From: Cyanophora paradoxa CCMP329
Taxonomy: Eukaryota; Plantae; Glaucophyta
NCBI GenBank assembly: GCA_004431415.1
Contig: QPMI01000643.1
Location: 1 to 64,000 of the forward strand
DNA length: 64,000 nt
Reading direction: 5' to 3'
The notes beneath the pieces are model-generated. The model saw only the letters and a list, made by a program, of their open reading frames with translations. It made no database searches and had not been told where the DNA came from. Shown piece by piece: positions 12,660 through 24,900 of the stretch. Position numbers and translations under genes: made by a program. Every line of letters begins with the position of its first letter. Within the stretch, counting starts at the first letter, position 1.

Positions 12660-15600
12660 ATGCCTCGCGCAAGTTACAAGAGAAGAAAAACCTTGAAAGC
12701 GAAAGCGGTCGAATTGATTAACCTCGGTATCCAGCGGAGCCTGCTCACCAAGAGAACCGCTGATGCATTATTGCGCAAATTCTCAGGAACTTCCAAGGTT
12801 CCCGAAACCATGCTCGAGCTGTACCTCAAGAACATTCAGTCAATTTTCGATACAGAGCGACCTGCAAAGGGATATACCCTGCAATCGCTGCTGGGGGTTC
12901 GCCAGGCTGCATTTGATCGAGAGGTCGGTCGCATTGGGGCCATTGAGGCTGAACCTCCGAGACCCCGAGAGAACAGGCAGCTGAATCAATTTTTCCGGCA
13001 GATTGCCCAGTTTCCCGACGATGCTGTTGTCCGGGTCACTTTCAAGCTCTGGGCCGAAATTAATGCTGAACCCACTGGTCGTGCGAGGGATCAGCCACTC
13101 CGCTTTGAAGGTCGCATGTACCGACCCCTAAAAAGGGCTTCGATCACAATTCCGGTAAGGATGCTGCGACAAATTGCCCGTGATGGTTTCGTTACAAGGT
13201 TCGTGCTGAACCAGAGACACTATATGGTCGCTGATTTCCTGTATGTTGTTGAGACCGTATTTAGGGCTGATCGACTTGCAAGCGAAATTCAGCATTGGTA
13301 CGATTATTTTGCGGAAATTCACGAAATCGTTCTGGTGGAGGCTCAGGCTGAGGAGGAAGCCCAGGAAGCCGTTCAAGAAGAATTTCTCGATGAGGAACTC
13401 GAAGAATCGATGCGATGTACCGCAGCTGTGAGCCAGTACATTAATTACGATCTCAATCCCGAGGCGAAATCGATCGAGGAATTAATCATCAAGCCTGCTT
13501 CCGGAAAATCGAATGCCTGTGTCTACGATATGCTGATCTCATTGTACTCTCGTTCAATGGAAGCTTGTCACAGAAACAGGAAGTACAAGGACATTGAGAT
13601 GACCTACGAGGGTCTGTATCGATTTTTCCACGGAAAGGAATATACTGAGGGAGCCTCTATGTCCCTCACTCTGAGGCAGCTCCGAAAATTCGCGGATCGT
13701 TGCAGGCTGGGATTCCGTGTTTATTCGGAGGATAACAAGCTCAAGTACAGATACCCACAGGGAGAGATGCCCGTTAATAAGGATCTGCATCCGCAATGCA
13801 TGAATTTCATGGTACACAATAACCACGTTTACTGCTACAACGATAACATCAAAGCCCTCGAGAAGAATTTCAAGAAAATGGACCTGGAAACCGAAAACCC
13901 AACCGAAGCTTCGCTGAACTCATCCTATCAAATCACAGAGACCAAACAATACGATATGTTCGCCCACACACCTGCTGATCTGCTCAAGATTGCGACCATG
14001 GGATTGAAAGCTGATAAGGAGAAAGCTACAGTCCGAATCGTTTACACTGGGTCCATGGATGAGCTTCTGTTCACTTTCTTGGATCGCCTTCAATACGAAC
14101 CAAAGCTCGGAATGAAAGGGGGACAGATCAAAACCCTGATCTTCAAAGCGAGTGGAATATTCTTTTCCGTATTTAATCCCTCGGTTTCTGATCACATGGT
14201 ACAGTGTGAGTTCGAGACTGAGGCTTACTACAAAAAGGTCCAATCCATTCGTCAAGAATTCAAGGAAGCCCTGATTAACACCGACACAATTTCACAGTAC
14301 GAGGAGGGCTTCCGAACAGCCCTTATTAATTACAATCGCTCTGCTCTGAATGGCTATTTCATTAAGCCGAAGCCAGGAACTAAATACACTGCAGTGGATA
14401 TGTGCAAATGCTACCCAGCTGTTATTAGCAAGATCGAGAAGCTTCCAGTATTCAATATTTTCGATGGTATCCGCCCCTATGATGGTCACCCAATCGAGGA
14501 GGATACCTTCTATGTGATTGATGTGCAGCAGTTCGATACTGGAACCTACATGCAAGGAGTGGATACATACGAAGAGGATATTGATGATGAGCCAGTAGGA
14601 TACAAATCCCGCATCTGCGATCCAGGAATTCAGATCCTGCTCGATCGTTATAAGGCTGCATCCTACTCGAACTTGATCACAGGGTACACTCTGAAGCGTC
14701 ACTGGGAGGACATCAAGGATCTCGTGACTATTACAGGCTACAACCGCCCATCATTTTTCGTAAGCAACCCCTCAAAAAGGCTGATCCAGAAAATAATGTC
14801 AAGCGACCTGAATCCTCGCGAGAAAAAGGCTACTCTCGTAGAAGTGATTGGTCTGCTAGGAAAGCGACTCGATAAGCGATCCAAGACCAGGTTGTTCTGC
14901 AAAAAGTCCGAGGCTGATATCTATGCCCAGCAGGTGGGCGGAATGGTGGAAGTATTCACCTTTGGTGCGAAAACTGATACTCTGGTCAAGAACCTTTCGG
15001 ATTTCGATGGCCACATCTATTATGTGAGAACTGATTCTCAAAAGGATCTCATTAACGGGTTCCTTCCGATCCAGTTCGCAATGTACGATCGAGTTCGCAG
15101 CGAAATGTATGACAAGTACAAGGAACTCAAAAGCAAAGGTTACGAGGTCGTGGGAATCCACACTGATTGCCTGTATATCAAAGGAAGGTATAGCTCAAAG
15201 CCCTTTGATCGTAATAGCTTTGCCAACATTGGTCGCTTCTCCTATATTCCGAACAAGAAGCCCCCAATGAACCCCATTCGCATTCGGACCCTCCCGAAGC
15301 CTATTAAAATTGAGGATCCCCTTTCGAATATCAATTCCTTCTGCCTTCGAAACGAATTTGATTCGGACGCTTATACCAAGGTTTACAATGAGTTCAATCA
15401 TGTCAATACCCTTGGAATGCTTCCAGGAGCCGGAAAGTCGACCGGATTGATGGTCTACCTGCTAAAAAATGACATCAACGGACTCATAGTTTGCCCCTAC
15501 AACAAACAAGCGGCCGAGTTCCGATGCTCTCTGAAAGAAATGGGCATCAGATTGGGGAAGCCCGAAGCTGCAAGCCGCATTGAGGTGGCCACCCTGTACA

Positions 15601-16801
15601 GTGTTCTGGGTCTGCGAGTCTCAAATGAGCAAACCTGTGAAGAGGCCCTATCGGCTTCACAGGTCAATGAGTTTATGGAAGGCTTTTCCCATGTAGTATT
15701 CGATGAGGTCTATGCCTATAAAGTAAAGGACCTTGCAAAGATCAAAAAATTCATAAACAAGTATTCGGATAAGAAATTCTACTGCAATGGAGACCCCACC
15801 AAAACGCTCCCATAAATGATGCTCTTGCTGTGGCTGACCCCAAACAATATTACAGCGATGCTATCTCAAGCATCTTCCCCAACACACTGCAGCTGATGAT
15901 CAACAAGAGGCATCGCAAGCCTGAGGATCGAGAGAAGCTGAAAGCAATCAAGGTCGATCTCTTTGAGAACGGACTTGCTCCTACAGAAATAGTAAATAAA
16001 TACGGATTCAGAACTGCAACTGATCTAAACGAAATTCCTGATTCCTACAGGGCTATATGCTATAGAAACGAGATGGCTTACCTGTACAACCGAACCATGC
16101 ATAAACGTATATACCCCGAAACCGAGGGGATCCTTGTGAACGGAATCAATTTTTTCAAAGGAATCGAAATCGTTTGTCGTGAATATATCTGTGTGACCCG
16201 AGGTAAAAAAGATGAGAAAGTAGCGGCTTTCACTAATTACAGTTATACCATAGTCGATATCAATCGGAACCAGGTCACTTTGGAGGATGTGTTTGATGGG
16301 ACCCAGTTCTCTCTCCCCACTGCTCTGTTGGAAAAGTTCAACCTACCCTATGCTGGAACATGCCACAGTGTTCAAGGACTCACCTACGATTCGGGCATTG
16401 TCGTTTGTGAGGCCTCGTTCTGCCATGTTACTCCTGAGTGGTTCTGGACTGCTCTGACTCGCAACCGAGATTTGAGCGAGATTCTCATTTACACCAAGCT
16501 CCACAAGTTCGAGGCTAAATCCGAGATCTTCGAGCATCTGAAGGCCAAGGTTCGGGCTTACAAGTGCCAGGATCAGAAAGCGGGTCGAGATTATAATGAT
16601 GATGATTATATTACACCCGAGTGGATCATTGAGCAGCTCAAGGAGCAGAAGCGAATCTGCTCTCTGTGTACCGAACCCCTTTCCCTTCAGGCAAAGGATC
16701 TAAGGTACAGGCTTACTGTTGATAGGATTAATAATAAAGAGGCTCACATCAAGTCGAACTGCAAGCTGGCTCATCAAGGATGCAACAGCAGCAAAAAATA
16801 G
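12660..16801 (+). CDS. polB: Protein-primed-type family B DNA polymerase fused to an SF1 helicase and a C-terminal HNH-like Zn domain (frameshift near 15800)
   Basis: PolB motifs AVDMCKCYP, KATLVEVIG and IHTDCL. SF1 motifs GMLPGAGKS, VFDE, GDPxQ (restored by +1 C), YAGTCHSVQG and TALTR. Tail CSLC...TVDRINN..AH..SNC..AH..CN. Confidence 0.85.
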
Positions 16802-16819
16802 AATTTGTATAGTTATAGG

Positions 16820-18186
16820 ATGGCATCGAAAATAGTGAGGCGAGGGGCTGGGGATGAGACCGAAACGACCCTGCTCCCCATTCCGATCCCAGATACAGAG
16901 AGAGTAGAAGGCAGAATTAGTAAAAGAGAAGCAAAGGTAAATGTAGTAGGGGATGTCCCTTTTAGAACCGTGAGTCCGGCTTCGAATAAAATAGTTAGGC
17001 GAATGTACGATCCTAAAACAGGTTACAAGCATCCCCATACGATCTATCAGGAGCTGAAGAAAGAGGATCCGAGTGTTACTTATAACGAGGTCAAAGAGGT
17101 TGCAGAAAAGCAAGAGTTTATGCAGATTAACAAGAAGCCACCCCAGCATCGCAGTCCACATTCATTCCAATCACAGCTCCACCCTGGACCTACCAGGCCG
17201 ATCTGATATTCTATTTATCTTACGGAAAGTACAATGCGGGGTACATTGCGGTACTCACTCTTATTGAGATCACGAGCAGGAGGGCTTACGCTAAGAAATT
17301 AAAGAATAAAGAGGGAGTCAGTGTTGCGACTGCATTTAGAGAGGTATTGGGTGAGCTTCCCGCTCCAATGAGGGTGTTAGAGACTGATTTGGGTTCCGAG
17401 TTTAAAGCGAAAGAGTTCCAGGCAGTGATCCAGGAGTTTGGAATCGAGCATAGGTTTAAACAGGCTGGGGATCACACGAGTTTAGGCATCATGAATCGAT
17501 TCCATTTGACCCTCAAAACGATGATCAATAACTACTGCATCGCTTTCAACACAGTCAAGTTTATGGATAAGCTAGAGGACTTTGTTCTGAATTATAATTC
17601 CAGTGTTAATAGGACTATAGGTATGCGACCAATAGATGTTAGGTTAGAGGATATGGCTCGCATTCGCAGTTTCATTTTATCGAAAAAGAAAGCAATTGTT
17701 GATGATATATTCGAGAAATTCAAGCCCGGCCTGTTCGTTCGAGTCTTGCTGCCTAGATCTAAGTTTGACAAGGGGGCCACTCAGAGATACAGTCGAGAGG
17801 TCTACAAGATCGCAGGAAGGGCCGGGAATGGAATCCAGGTCGTAGATGCCCAGGGTGTTCCTTTGAATCGAATCTTCAAGCCTCATGAGCTGCAGATCAT
17901 ATCGGAAGTTGAAGCAATCGTTGAGCCTTCCGCAAGTACAGTGGATACAGTGAGGCAGGAGGCCGCAGCAATTAGACAGATCCACAGAGAGGGCATAGAT
18001 CCGGCGGAATCAGTGCCAAAAGGCAGCTTGATCGAGGATAGGGTCCAGAGAACGAAGAGGGTTTCAAGGGAGCTAGCGAATCTAAGAGTAGCCGGAACCG
18101 AGAAATTAGCCGGTGGGGCAGAGGCTGTAGCATCCTATGATAAGGCTCCAGCTATAAGGGCTAGTACTAGGATCCGAACCAGGTAA
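16820..18186 (+). CDS. Retroviral-like (RVE, DDE) integrase (frameshifts ~17140-17250)
   Basis: LETDLGSEF, NRFHLTLK and YNSSVNRTIGMRP; both termini match the intact integrase at 43279-44649. Confidence 0.9.
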
Positions 18187-18212
18187 AATTTTATATATTC
18201 GTATAGTAGGAA

Positions 18213-18581
18213 ATGGAGAAAATCTATATTGAGGTCCCTTTTGAACAAAAAGATGAAGCTAAAGCCCTTGGGGCTAAATGGGATATGAAGCATAAATGCT
18301 GGTATGTAACTGAGCCGGAACATAAGCTTCTATCTACCTATAGTACCGTGGCCGTTTCGGAATTAATGCGCAAAAATAAAAAAATTTATTTGAAAATCCC
18401 GTTCGAGGATCGCGAGGAGGCTAAGAAGGGTGGAGCCAAGTGGGATCCTGATCATAAGCTATGGTTCGTATCGGGTATTGATAACCCATTAACACTGACC
18501 TACGATAAAGTACAAGTGGGGGCGTGGCTCGTCAAGTCGGAACGAAGCAAGTCGCAATTTAGTAGTAGCTCACGTTACTAG
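18213..18581 (+). CDS. Tandem DUF5710-like domain protein
   Basis: Two copies of the pattern Y.x.PFE.K/RxEAK..GAKWD..HK.W (YIEVPFEQKDEAKALGAKWD; YLKIPFEDREEAKKGGAKWD). Confidence 0.75.
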   Translation: MEKIYIEVPFEQKDEAKALGAKWDMKHKCWYVTEPEHKLLSTYSTVAVSELMRKNKKIYLKIPFEDREEAKKGGAKWDPDHKLWFVSGIDNPLTLTYDKVQVGAWLVKSERSKSQFSSSSRY

Positions 18582-19147
18582 CTGCCAAAACGCAAAGACT
18601 GCGAATCGAACTACGTGCAGTATACCGCTGTAATCCTGATGCAATGCGGAGTACGGAGCAGTTTACAGCTTCTTTAGTTCGTTTGTCTATCATTAGATAT
18701 CGCCCGATTAGGGAGGGGTGCTTCGGACTTGTGACAAGGCTAGCTAGTGAGCTAGCGCAAGCGCCCAGCGCTAGCGCTTTCGAATCAGGTCGACATGTAA
18801 TATATCAATGTGATCGGCGCATCTTGCAGAACACGAATGTATACCTCGCTCAACTTGAGGCGCCGATTGTAATTTCGGGACAATCAAATCATTTTTTTGG
18901 TCAGGAGGTCCAGTCCAAAAAACTCAGCCTCGACTTGCTGTCCCAAAAACTATCGTCAAGCCGGACGTGAAGCGGCTCTGAAGCGCCGTCTTTAAAACTT
19001 GGTACCCGGCATAGTTACCGGTGGACACCCCCGTCAACGTTGATATTAAAAATGTGAGTTGGCTAGAATTCTTAAAACTGAGTTTTGATCTCAGAATGCA
19101 GGCAGAATTTCTTATTATTTGTCTTTTTTATGAAATAGGTGATTATA

Positions 19148-19860
19148 ATGGGGTTCATAAATGAATTTTCGCCTACAAAATGGCTTAATTTAAATAACAT
19201 TTGAATTTAAAAACTTTGGAAGCTTCTCAGAAGCCCGACAAAATTACGAAAACCTTCAAAAACCGGCTGCGCTTCCTGTGAACTGGTGGGTCGACGTCAT
19301 CTGTCAGCTCAGGCCGCCAAGTGGCTTTCGAATTCGATCTTAATTATAATTAACACGACTGATAAACTGATAGGATATTAGGTATAATTATCCAAACTTA
19401 ATATTATTATGTCCCTAATTTATGCAAACATGGGGTACATAAATGTGCTTTTGGCTGCAACACTGGTTTTTTTAGAATTACAAATAAATTTAAAAGCTTT
19501 GGAAGCTTCTCAGAAGCCCAACAGAATTATTAGAATTATAAAACCGGCTGCGCTTCCTATGAACTGGGGGGGTGGACTTCAACTGCCAGCTCAGGCCGGC
19601 CAGTGGCTTTCGAACTTCGGAATTCGATCTTAATTATAATTACCACGACTGATGAAGTGAGAGGATATAAAGTATAATTATACAAACTTTCTATTATTAT
19701 GTCGATCACGTTGCCTTTTTATGTAAAGATGGGGTACGTTAATGCAATTTTGCCCTACATCGGCCGCAAGATATCAACTTCTTTTAATAAAATATAGTTT
19801 TCAGACATTCGAAGCTTCTTAGAAGCCCAGCAAAATTCTGGAACTTCAAAAAAACCAACT
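19148..19860. repeat. Diverged AT-rich tandem repeat, ~2.5 copies of 282-299 bp
   Basis: Units start atgggg at 19148, 19430 and 19729; all three contain gaagcttct(c/t)agaagccc; copies 1 and 2 share aaaaccggctgcgcttcct and gaattcgatcttaattataatt. Confidence 0.85.
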
Positions 19861-19993
19861 GGCAAGGTTGGCGAAAAGCAACCCCTACTAGGCTAGCATG
19901 CGCAGGCAGCGCAGTACGTACAGTCGGTCACTACTACAGTGTCGACATCAGTCACTCTGAGTCCTGAGTCCTGACTCCTGAGGTCCGACGGTC

Positions 19994-21450
19994 ATGCTTT
20001 CAGAGGCAAGTACTAGTGCATCTGCTACCAGCCGCAAACCGGGACGCCCGCGCAAGTACGCTTCGGAAGACGAGAGGCTGCAAGCGAAGAGAATGCAGAA
20101 GGCTGCAAGGCGCGGGAACGGTATCCTGAACGGGGCGGAGCTATCAGTATTCGCCTTCGGTTCGTCCGCATGCGCAGGCGAGCGCTCGCTTGCCAGCTCC
20201 CGTTCTGACTCCTGCCGCTAGATCATCACGACGGCGATGGGGGCTTGAATGCTGACCTTGGTCAGCTAGCGATCGACGATGCAGCGGATCCGGAGCTTGA
20301 GCAAGTTGCAGCTGGCGACGGTACGTACGCGGCTCGTACTACTACCGTAGTACGGTACGCTTGCCAAATGCAGTGCTGACTCCGCCGCGGCGCGCATGCA
20401 GCTGGGAGCAGTTCTGCGCCAGTTGTCAACGTTGGTGGCTCGCAGGCAGGCGGTTCAAGCTCCTCGCAATCGCAACAGGGCAATGGTGCGAGAGCGTGAT
20501 TGTACATGTGCAGCATGCATGTGCTAATTTGCATGTGCATACGCAGTTCATGTACAACGAGGCGCCGCGCCTTTCTGGGATCCAGAAGATCTCGATAAAG
20601 ATGACGACGATGAACCTTTCAATGCCGCGCCCGCGGTTGTGAATGCCGCTAACTTGCCAAACGACGTCGAGTACGTATACTAGCCTCTCGGTTCCGATTG
20701 CTGTATATTTATGCTCACTGATCCATGGCACCGGGCATGCGCAGAGTCCTCAAGCAACGGGTCATGCAGGCTGAGGCAGCAGCGCGAAGAGCGCATGAAG
20801 GCAAGCGGAAAGCCGAGGCGGATGCAGCTGCATACCTAGAGACTTTCAGGGCATCCGAGCTTCTACCTATCATTGAAAAACAGGCGCGTACGCTTTTCTC
20901 CTGCACTGTTTATGCATTGCTTATTAATAATGCTGCAAACGGCAGTGTCATGATGCCAACTGCGCACTCGCTGGCAGCATTGATATGGGTGGCCGATCGA
21001 CTTCACTTATCCCATTCATCAAGAATGCGGTTCTGCTGCATGATCGGGTCTGTTCGTATATATATATACATATACATGTTGCTTCGCTCTCTCAATCTTG
21101 CTACTGCATGCGCAGAAGAACAAGGCTCTCGTCGACCACGGCGAAAAACCAAAGCCCCTACCCCTCGCTCTACGCAAGTTTGTGAAGTGGATCAGCAACG
21201 ACGGACATATCGAGGTTCGCAGATTGATAATTAATTCTCATGCAACTGCATCATGATCTCGCTCCATTATTAGTGGTGGTACTGGATCAGCGGCTCGCCT
21301 TCGGAGCCAATCGCATTCACTGACGTAGATGTCACTCCGGTGGGAAGCGAAGCTGGTGATCTCCCTCCACAAATGCCAGCTCCTCGTCGCTCAGTCCGTT
21401 CTAAGAAGGCTGCTGCGACCTCGTCGTACAGGATTCTTAATGTTGTTTAG
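19994..21450 (+). CDS. Intron-containing, host-style gene for an AT-hook protein
   Basis: First exon KPGRPRKYASEDERLQAKR. Several short segments begin gtacgt, gtatcc or gcgcgt and most end in gcag, separating coding-like blocks. Exon structure not verified. Confidence 0.45.
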
Positions 21451-21823
21451 ATGAAACTGAATGCGTTAGATATAGATATCGCATTTATATACATATATAT
21501 AGCCTGCATTACATAGCCGGCGCTTAGTTGCTAGCTAATCGTTTTCGCTTAGATCTACTGTACTGCATATAGCTATTCGCCTACTATACTAAATACGCTT
21601 TCTGTTGCGTAATTATATAACAGAGTATTCTTTTATTCGAGTCATATGTGATTCGATGATACCGTAATACAATCTCTCCTTTTTACATTATTTTTACAGT
21701 AAAACCACAGGGAGGGGGTCATGGGTAAAGAGAGAAAATGTGATTTATCAATAAAGTCGATAGATATATATGAGAGGCATAGGTAGGGGGTCATGGTTTT
21801 TGATCGAGGGTTGATGAAAAGTG

Positions 21824-21875
21824 AGCAATTTACGATTCCTATCGGGCATTGGTAAGGAATCGATCGTAAATTGCT
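21824..21875. other. Imperfect hairpin near the putative right end of PLV-A
   Basis: agcaatttacgattcct ... aggaatcgatcgtaaattgct: 17-bp stem with a 4-nt bulge and a 14-nt loop. Confidence 0.7.
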
Positions 21876-21900
21876 TTGATTATCGATGAGGTCTATTAAT

Positions 21901-24900
21901 GCGATGCGGGGTTTTAACTGCGAGGTTCACTGCAAACCGACCCACCTGCACTTGCAACGACCCCGACGAGGGCATCGTCCCCTCGTGGTATCCCGTGACC
22001 GCGAAGCGCCGCCGGCTCGCGAGCATCATCGACTCGTACGAGCGCCGGCGCTCCCTGCGAGCTGCCTCCGACGCGTTGACCGTGTCCGTCGATGCCATTG
22101 AGTGCCTGTCTGGCGGGGACGGCCGCGGCCTCTGCAACATCTTCTGGGGTCAGCTCTTGCTGGCGATGATCGTGGCTCAAGCAAGTCTGAGCGATTCTCG
22201 CAGGCTACAACAACCCAACGGATGCAACTGTAAGGATTCCTGTCGGCGGGGGAGACACCTTTGGGGTTAACATGCTGGCGATCGCCGACGTCACTCCACC
22301 CGAGGATTTCCTCCCAGGCAGGTGGGCGCGAGTCTTCAACACCACTGTCAGGTGAGTCATTCTTTGATCCTGATTTGTTTTTCGAGTGATCGTGACGCCG
22401 TGGGGCAGCTGCTTCCCTTGCGACGTGTATGAATGGACCGTAAAGGCGTCGGAGTCTGCTCCGTTCAGCAAAGCATCCGCCAATCCTTGCTTCCCGCCAT
22501 CGACCGATTCTCTGCTCTATGGTCTGCAGCGCTTGAATTTCTCCCAACATGCATATATATGCAGAGAATTTATTGACATCGCGCCGCAGACAAGCAGCAG
22601 GACAAGTGTCGCTCGGTGTACTCTACGGTCACGCCAGGGCCTGCGATGGATCCGACGCCCTCGTACGAGTGGGGATGTGAGGACCTCTCGGCGGCAGGCG
22701 CTTCGTGCGCCAATCTCTTGGAGACCTTCTCGGGGGTGCCTCCGGTGGGGGCTGCTCTAAAAATCGTGTTTCCTGCTGGGGCGTCGTACCCCTTCAAGTT
22801 CACCTGCAAGGCGACGCTCGGCTCTAAGACTGGAACCGACGCCGCTCAGCTTGATTCCGTTCCGTCGAACGGGCCCACCGTTCTTGTCACAGGGCCCTTC
22901 GACGCAGAGGGCGTGCAGTACCTTGGTGCGGTTCCGTGGATGTTGCCGCTGAAGTTCTTCGTGAGGGTTGCGTCGAACGCGCCTCCTGGAGCAGGTCAGC
23001 CTCTGCGCGTGCGATTTAGCATCGTTTGTGTTAGAGCGCGGCAGTAGCGAATCGTGCACACGGCGCAGATTCCACTGTCACATACCTGTGGTCTTTGGAC
23101 GGGAGCGCCGTAATTTTGGACGAGACCACCATTCTTACCAACAGTCCAGTCAATACACCGACGCTCATCATTCGCCCGTACGTCCTTACACCAGGGGCGA
23201 CATATCGAGCCCTGGTCGCCGCCCAAGACTCTCTCGCCAACGTGCGCACGCGGGCTCGAGCTTCTCGGCTTGCTACCTTCGAACACGCACTTATGAAATG
23301 CCCCTTAATCGATGCAGGTGGCGTACGGTTGGGTTGAATTCACCGTGGGTACCCCGCCCTACTCGACTCTCCCCGTCGGAGGTCTGGTTGTGACACCGAA
23401 CAACGGAACTGCGATGGGCTACAGGAACCGGAGCACGCTTTTTACGCTAACGGCGCCGGGCTGGTACAGCCCCTTCGGCCCTCTGGAATACAAATTTCTC
23501 TTCATCGCGAGAAATCAGAACATTACTTGGGAGACGCTCCGCGCCGCGGAGGCGAACGTCTCATACGTGAATAAGACAGAGAGCGGCGACGAGGTGCTCA
23601 TCTCTTGGTGGACGCCCAGTCACGTGAGCCCTGCACTGCTTTTTGCTGTTCTTTCCATCCTCACCTGCCTTAGGTGCGGGGCAACGTGCTCCTTCCTGAA
23701 GGCATTCTGCCGTTTTACTACATCACGTGAGTCGTTTCATGGGGCCTTTCCTTCGAGGCCATATGCATTCTTCTGAAGGCGCTCCCAGATGTGTTGTGTA
23801 TGTCCGAGACGTTTACGGAACCGAAACTCGCGCCTCGACACTTGCAATCGTGTACCCGCCGCACCTCACGGTCCTCCCGCTGCTCTTTTTCTCAATTGCG
23901 TATTCTGCTAAGCGTACTCGCAGATTCTATCCCTTACGAATCGCACGCTCGGCTGGGCGCGCGATATGATCAATATGGGCGACCCCGGCGGCGCTCTGAA
24001 CAGCATTCTCGCTGGTGCTAGCACCATCAACGCAGGAATTAATGGAACGGCGGCCGCCTGTTCAATCAGCCTGCCGTCTCTAGCTGGCTCGGGCTCGTGG
24101 ACAGATCGAGATTCAGATTCACTAGGAGGGACTGCTCGAAATGTATATCTGCAGGGCCGATACATCGTACGTGCTATACTTGTTAGCGATTCACTCGGTG
24201 ACTGAACCGGCCTTGGCTTGCAGGTCACCAACGAAGGCCGCACCGCCATCCGCAGCCCCATCACCTCCGTCAGCTGCCAGGTCAGTGATTCGAAAACTTC
24301 AATGGGGCTCAAATCGACGTTGACGCCTTTCATCAGCAAGTCACCTCTGCCACATCCATCGCTCTGCCCGAAGATAGGGCTCTCACGAGAGTCCCCTATT
24401 CCTCTCCTTATGCGAACGACGGCGGGCTCAATCAACGACTCGCGGCGACAAGCAACGTGACCGATCGATCCTTCGCGCTCACGGACGTCGGCTGGCCGAT
24501 GCCCGTCGGAGGATCGGCGAGCTTCGATGTCATCGTCAGCTGTCCCGTGGGAGCTGAGGCGCAGTGCCGCTTGCCCGTGTGCTTCTGCCCAGTTGGCGAT
24601 ACCGTCCGCCCCGAAATGCTTGACCGGCTCATGGTGTTGGTGCGCGAAATGCAACCACTTCTCTAGAAATGAATCTCACATACAGCAGGCCGCAAACATT
24701 ACGTATCAACTCTCCCGTGGCACGTTCAGAGATCCCGGTGAAGTATATCAAGCGATTCAGACAATCGGCAGCATCGTGGCAACCGATGATGCGATGATCT
24801 TGGGCACTACATCGAGTGCCGTCGACGTGTTGACGTGCGTCGCGCTTCGTCATTGTAAAGTCCTTGAGCTGAAATTTCTCTTGCCAGCGCACTTCTTCGA

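Larger units (their letters stand above)
1..21900. mobile_element. Endogenous Polinton-like virus A (left end outside window; right end either ~18.6 kb or ~21.9 kb)
   Basis: Dense, intronless, AT-richer genes for putative MCP, two pentons, A32 ATPase, pPolB-helicase and RVE integrase, collinear with element B. Host-like coding sequence resumes at ~21,901, just after an imperfect hairpin. Confidence 0.88.

Noticed and set aside
4598-18186. Calling PLV-A genes pseudogenes or programmed frameshifts
   Set aside because: The breaks I could reconstruct are mostly single-base losses in homopolymers. The same error type distinguishes near-identical host repeat copies (~32445, ~33421, ~35930, ~36456), pointing to sequencing error. 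Real decay cannot be fully excluded.
18511-21672. TACAA as a target-site duplication flanking a nested insertion
   Set aside because: A 5-mer match is expected by chance, and no TIR or LTR supports those ends.
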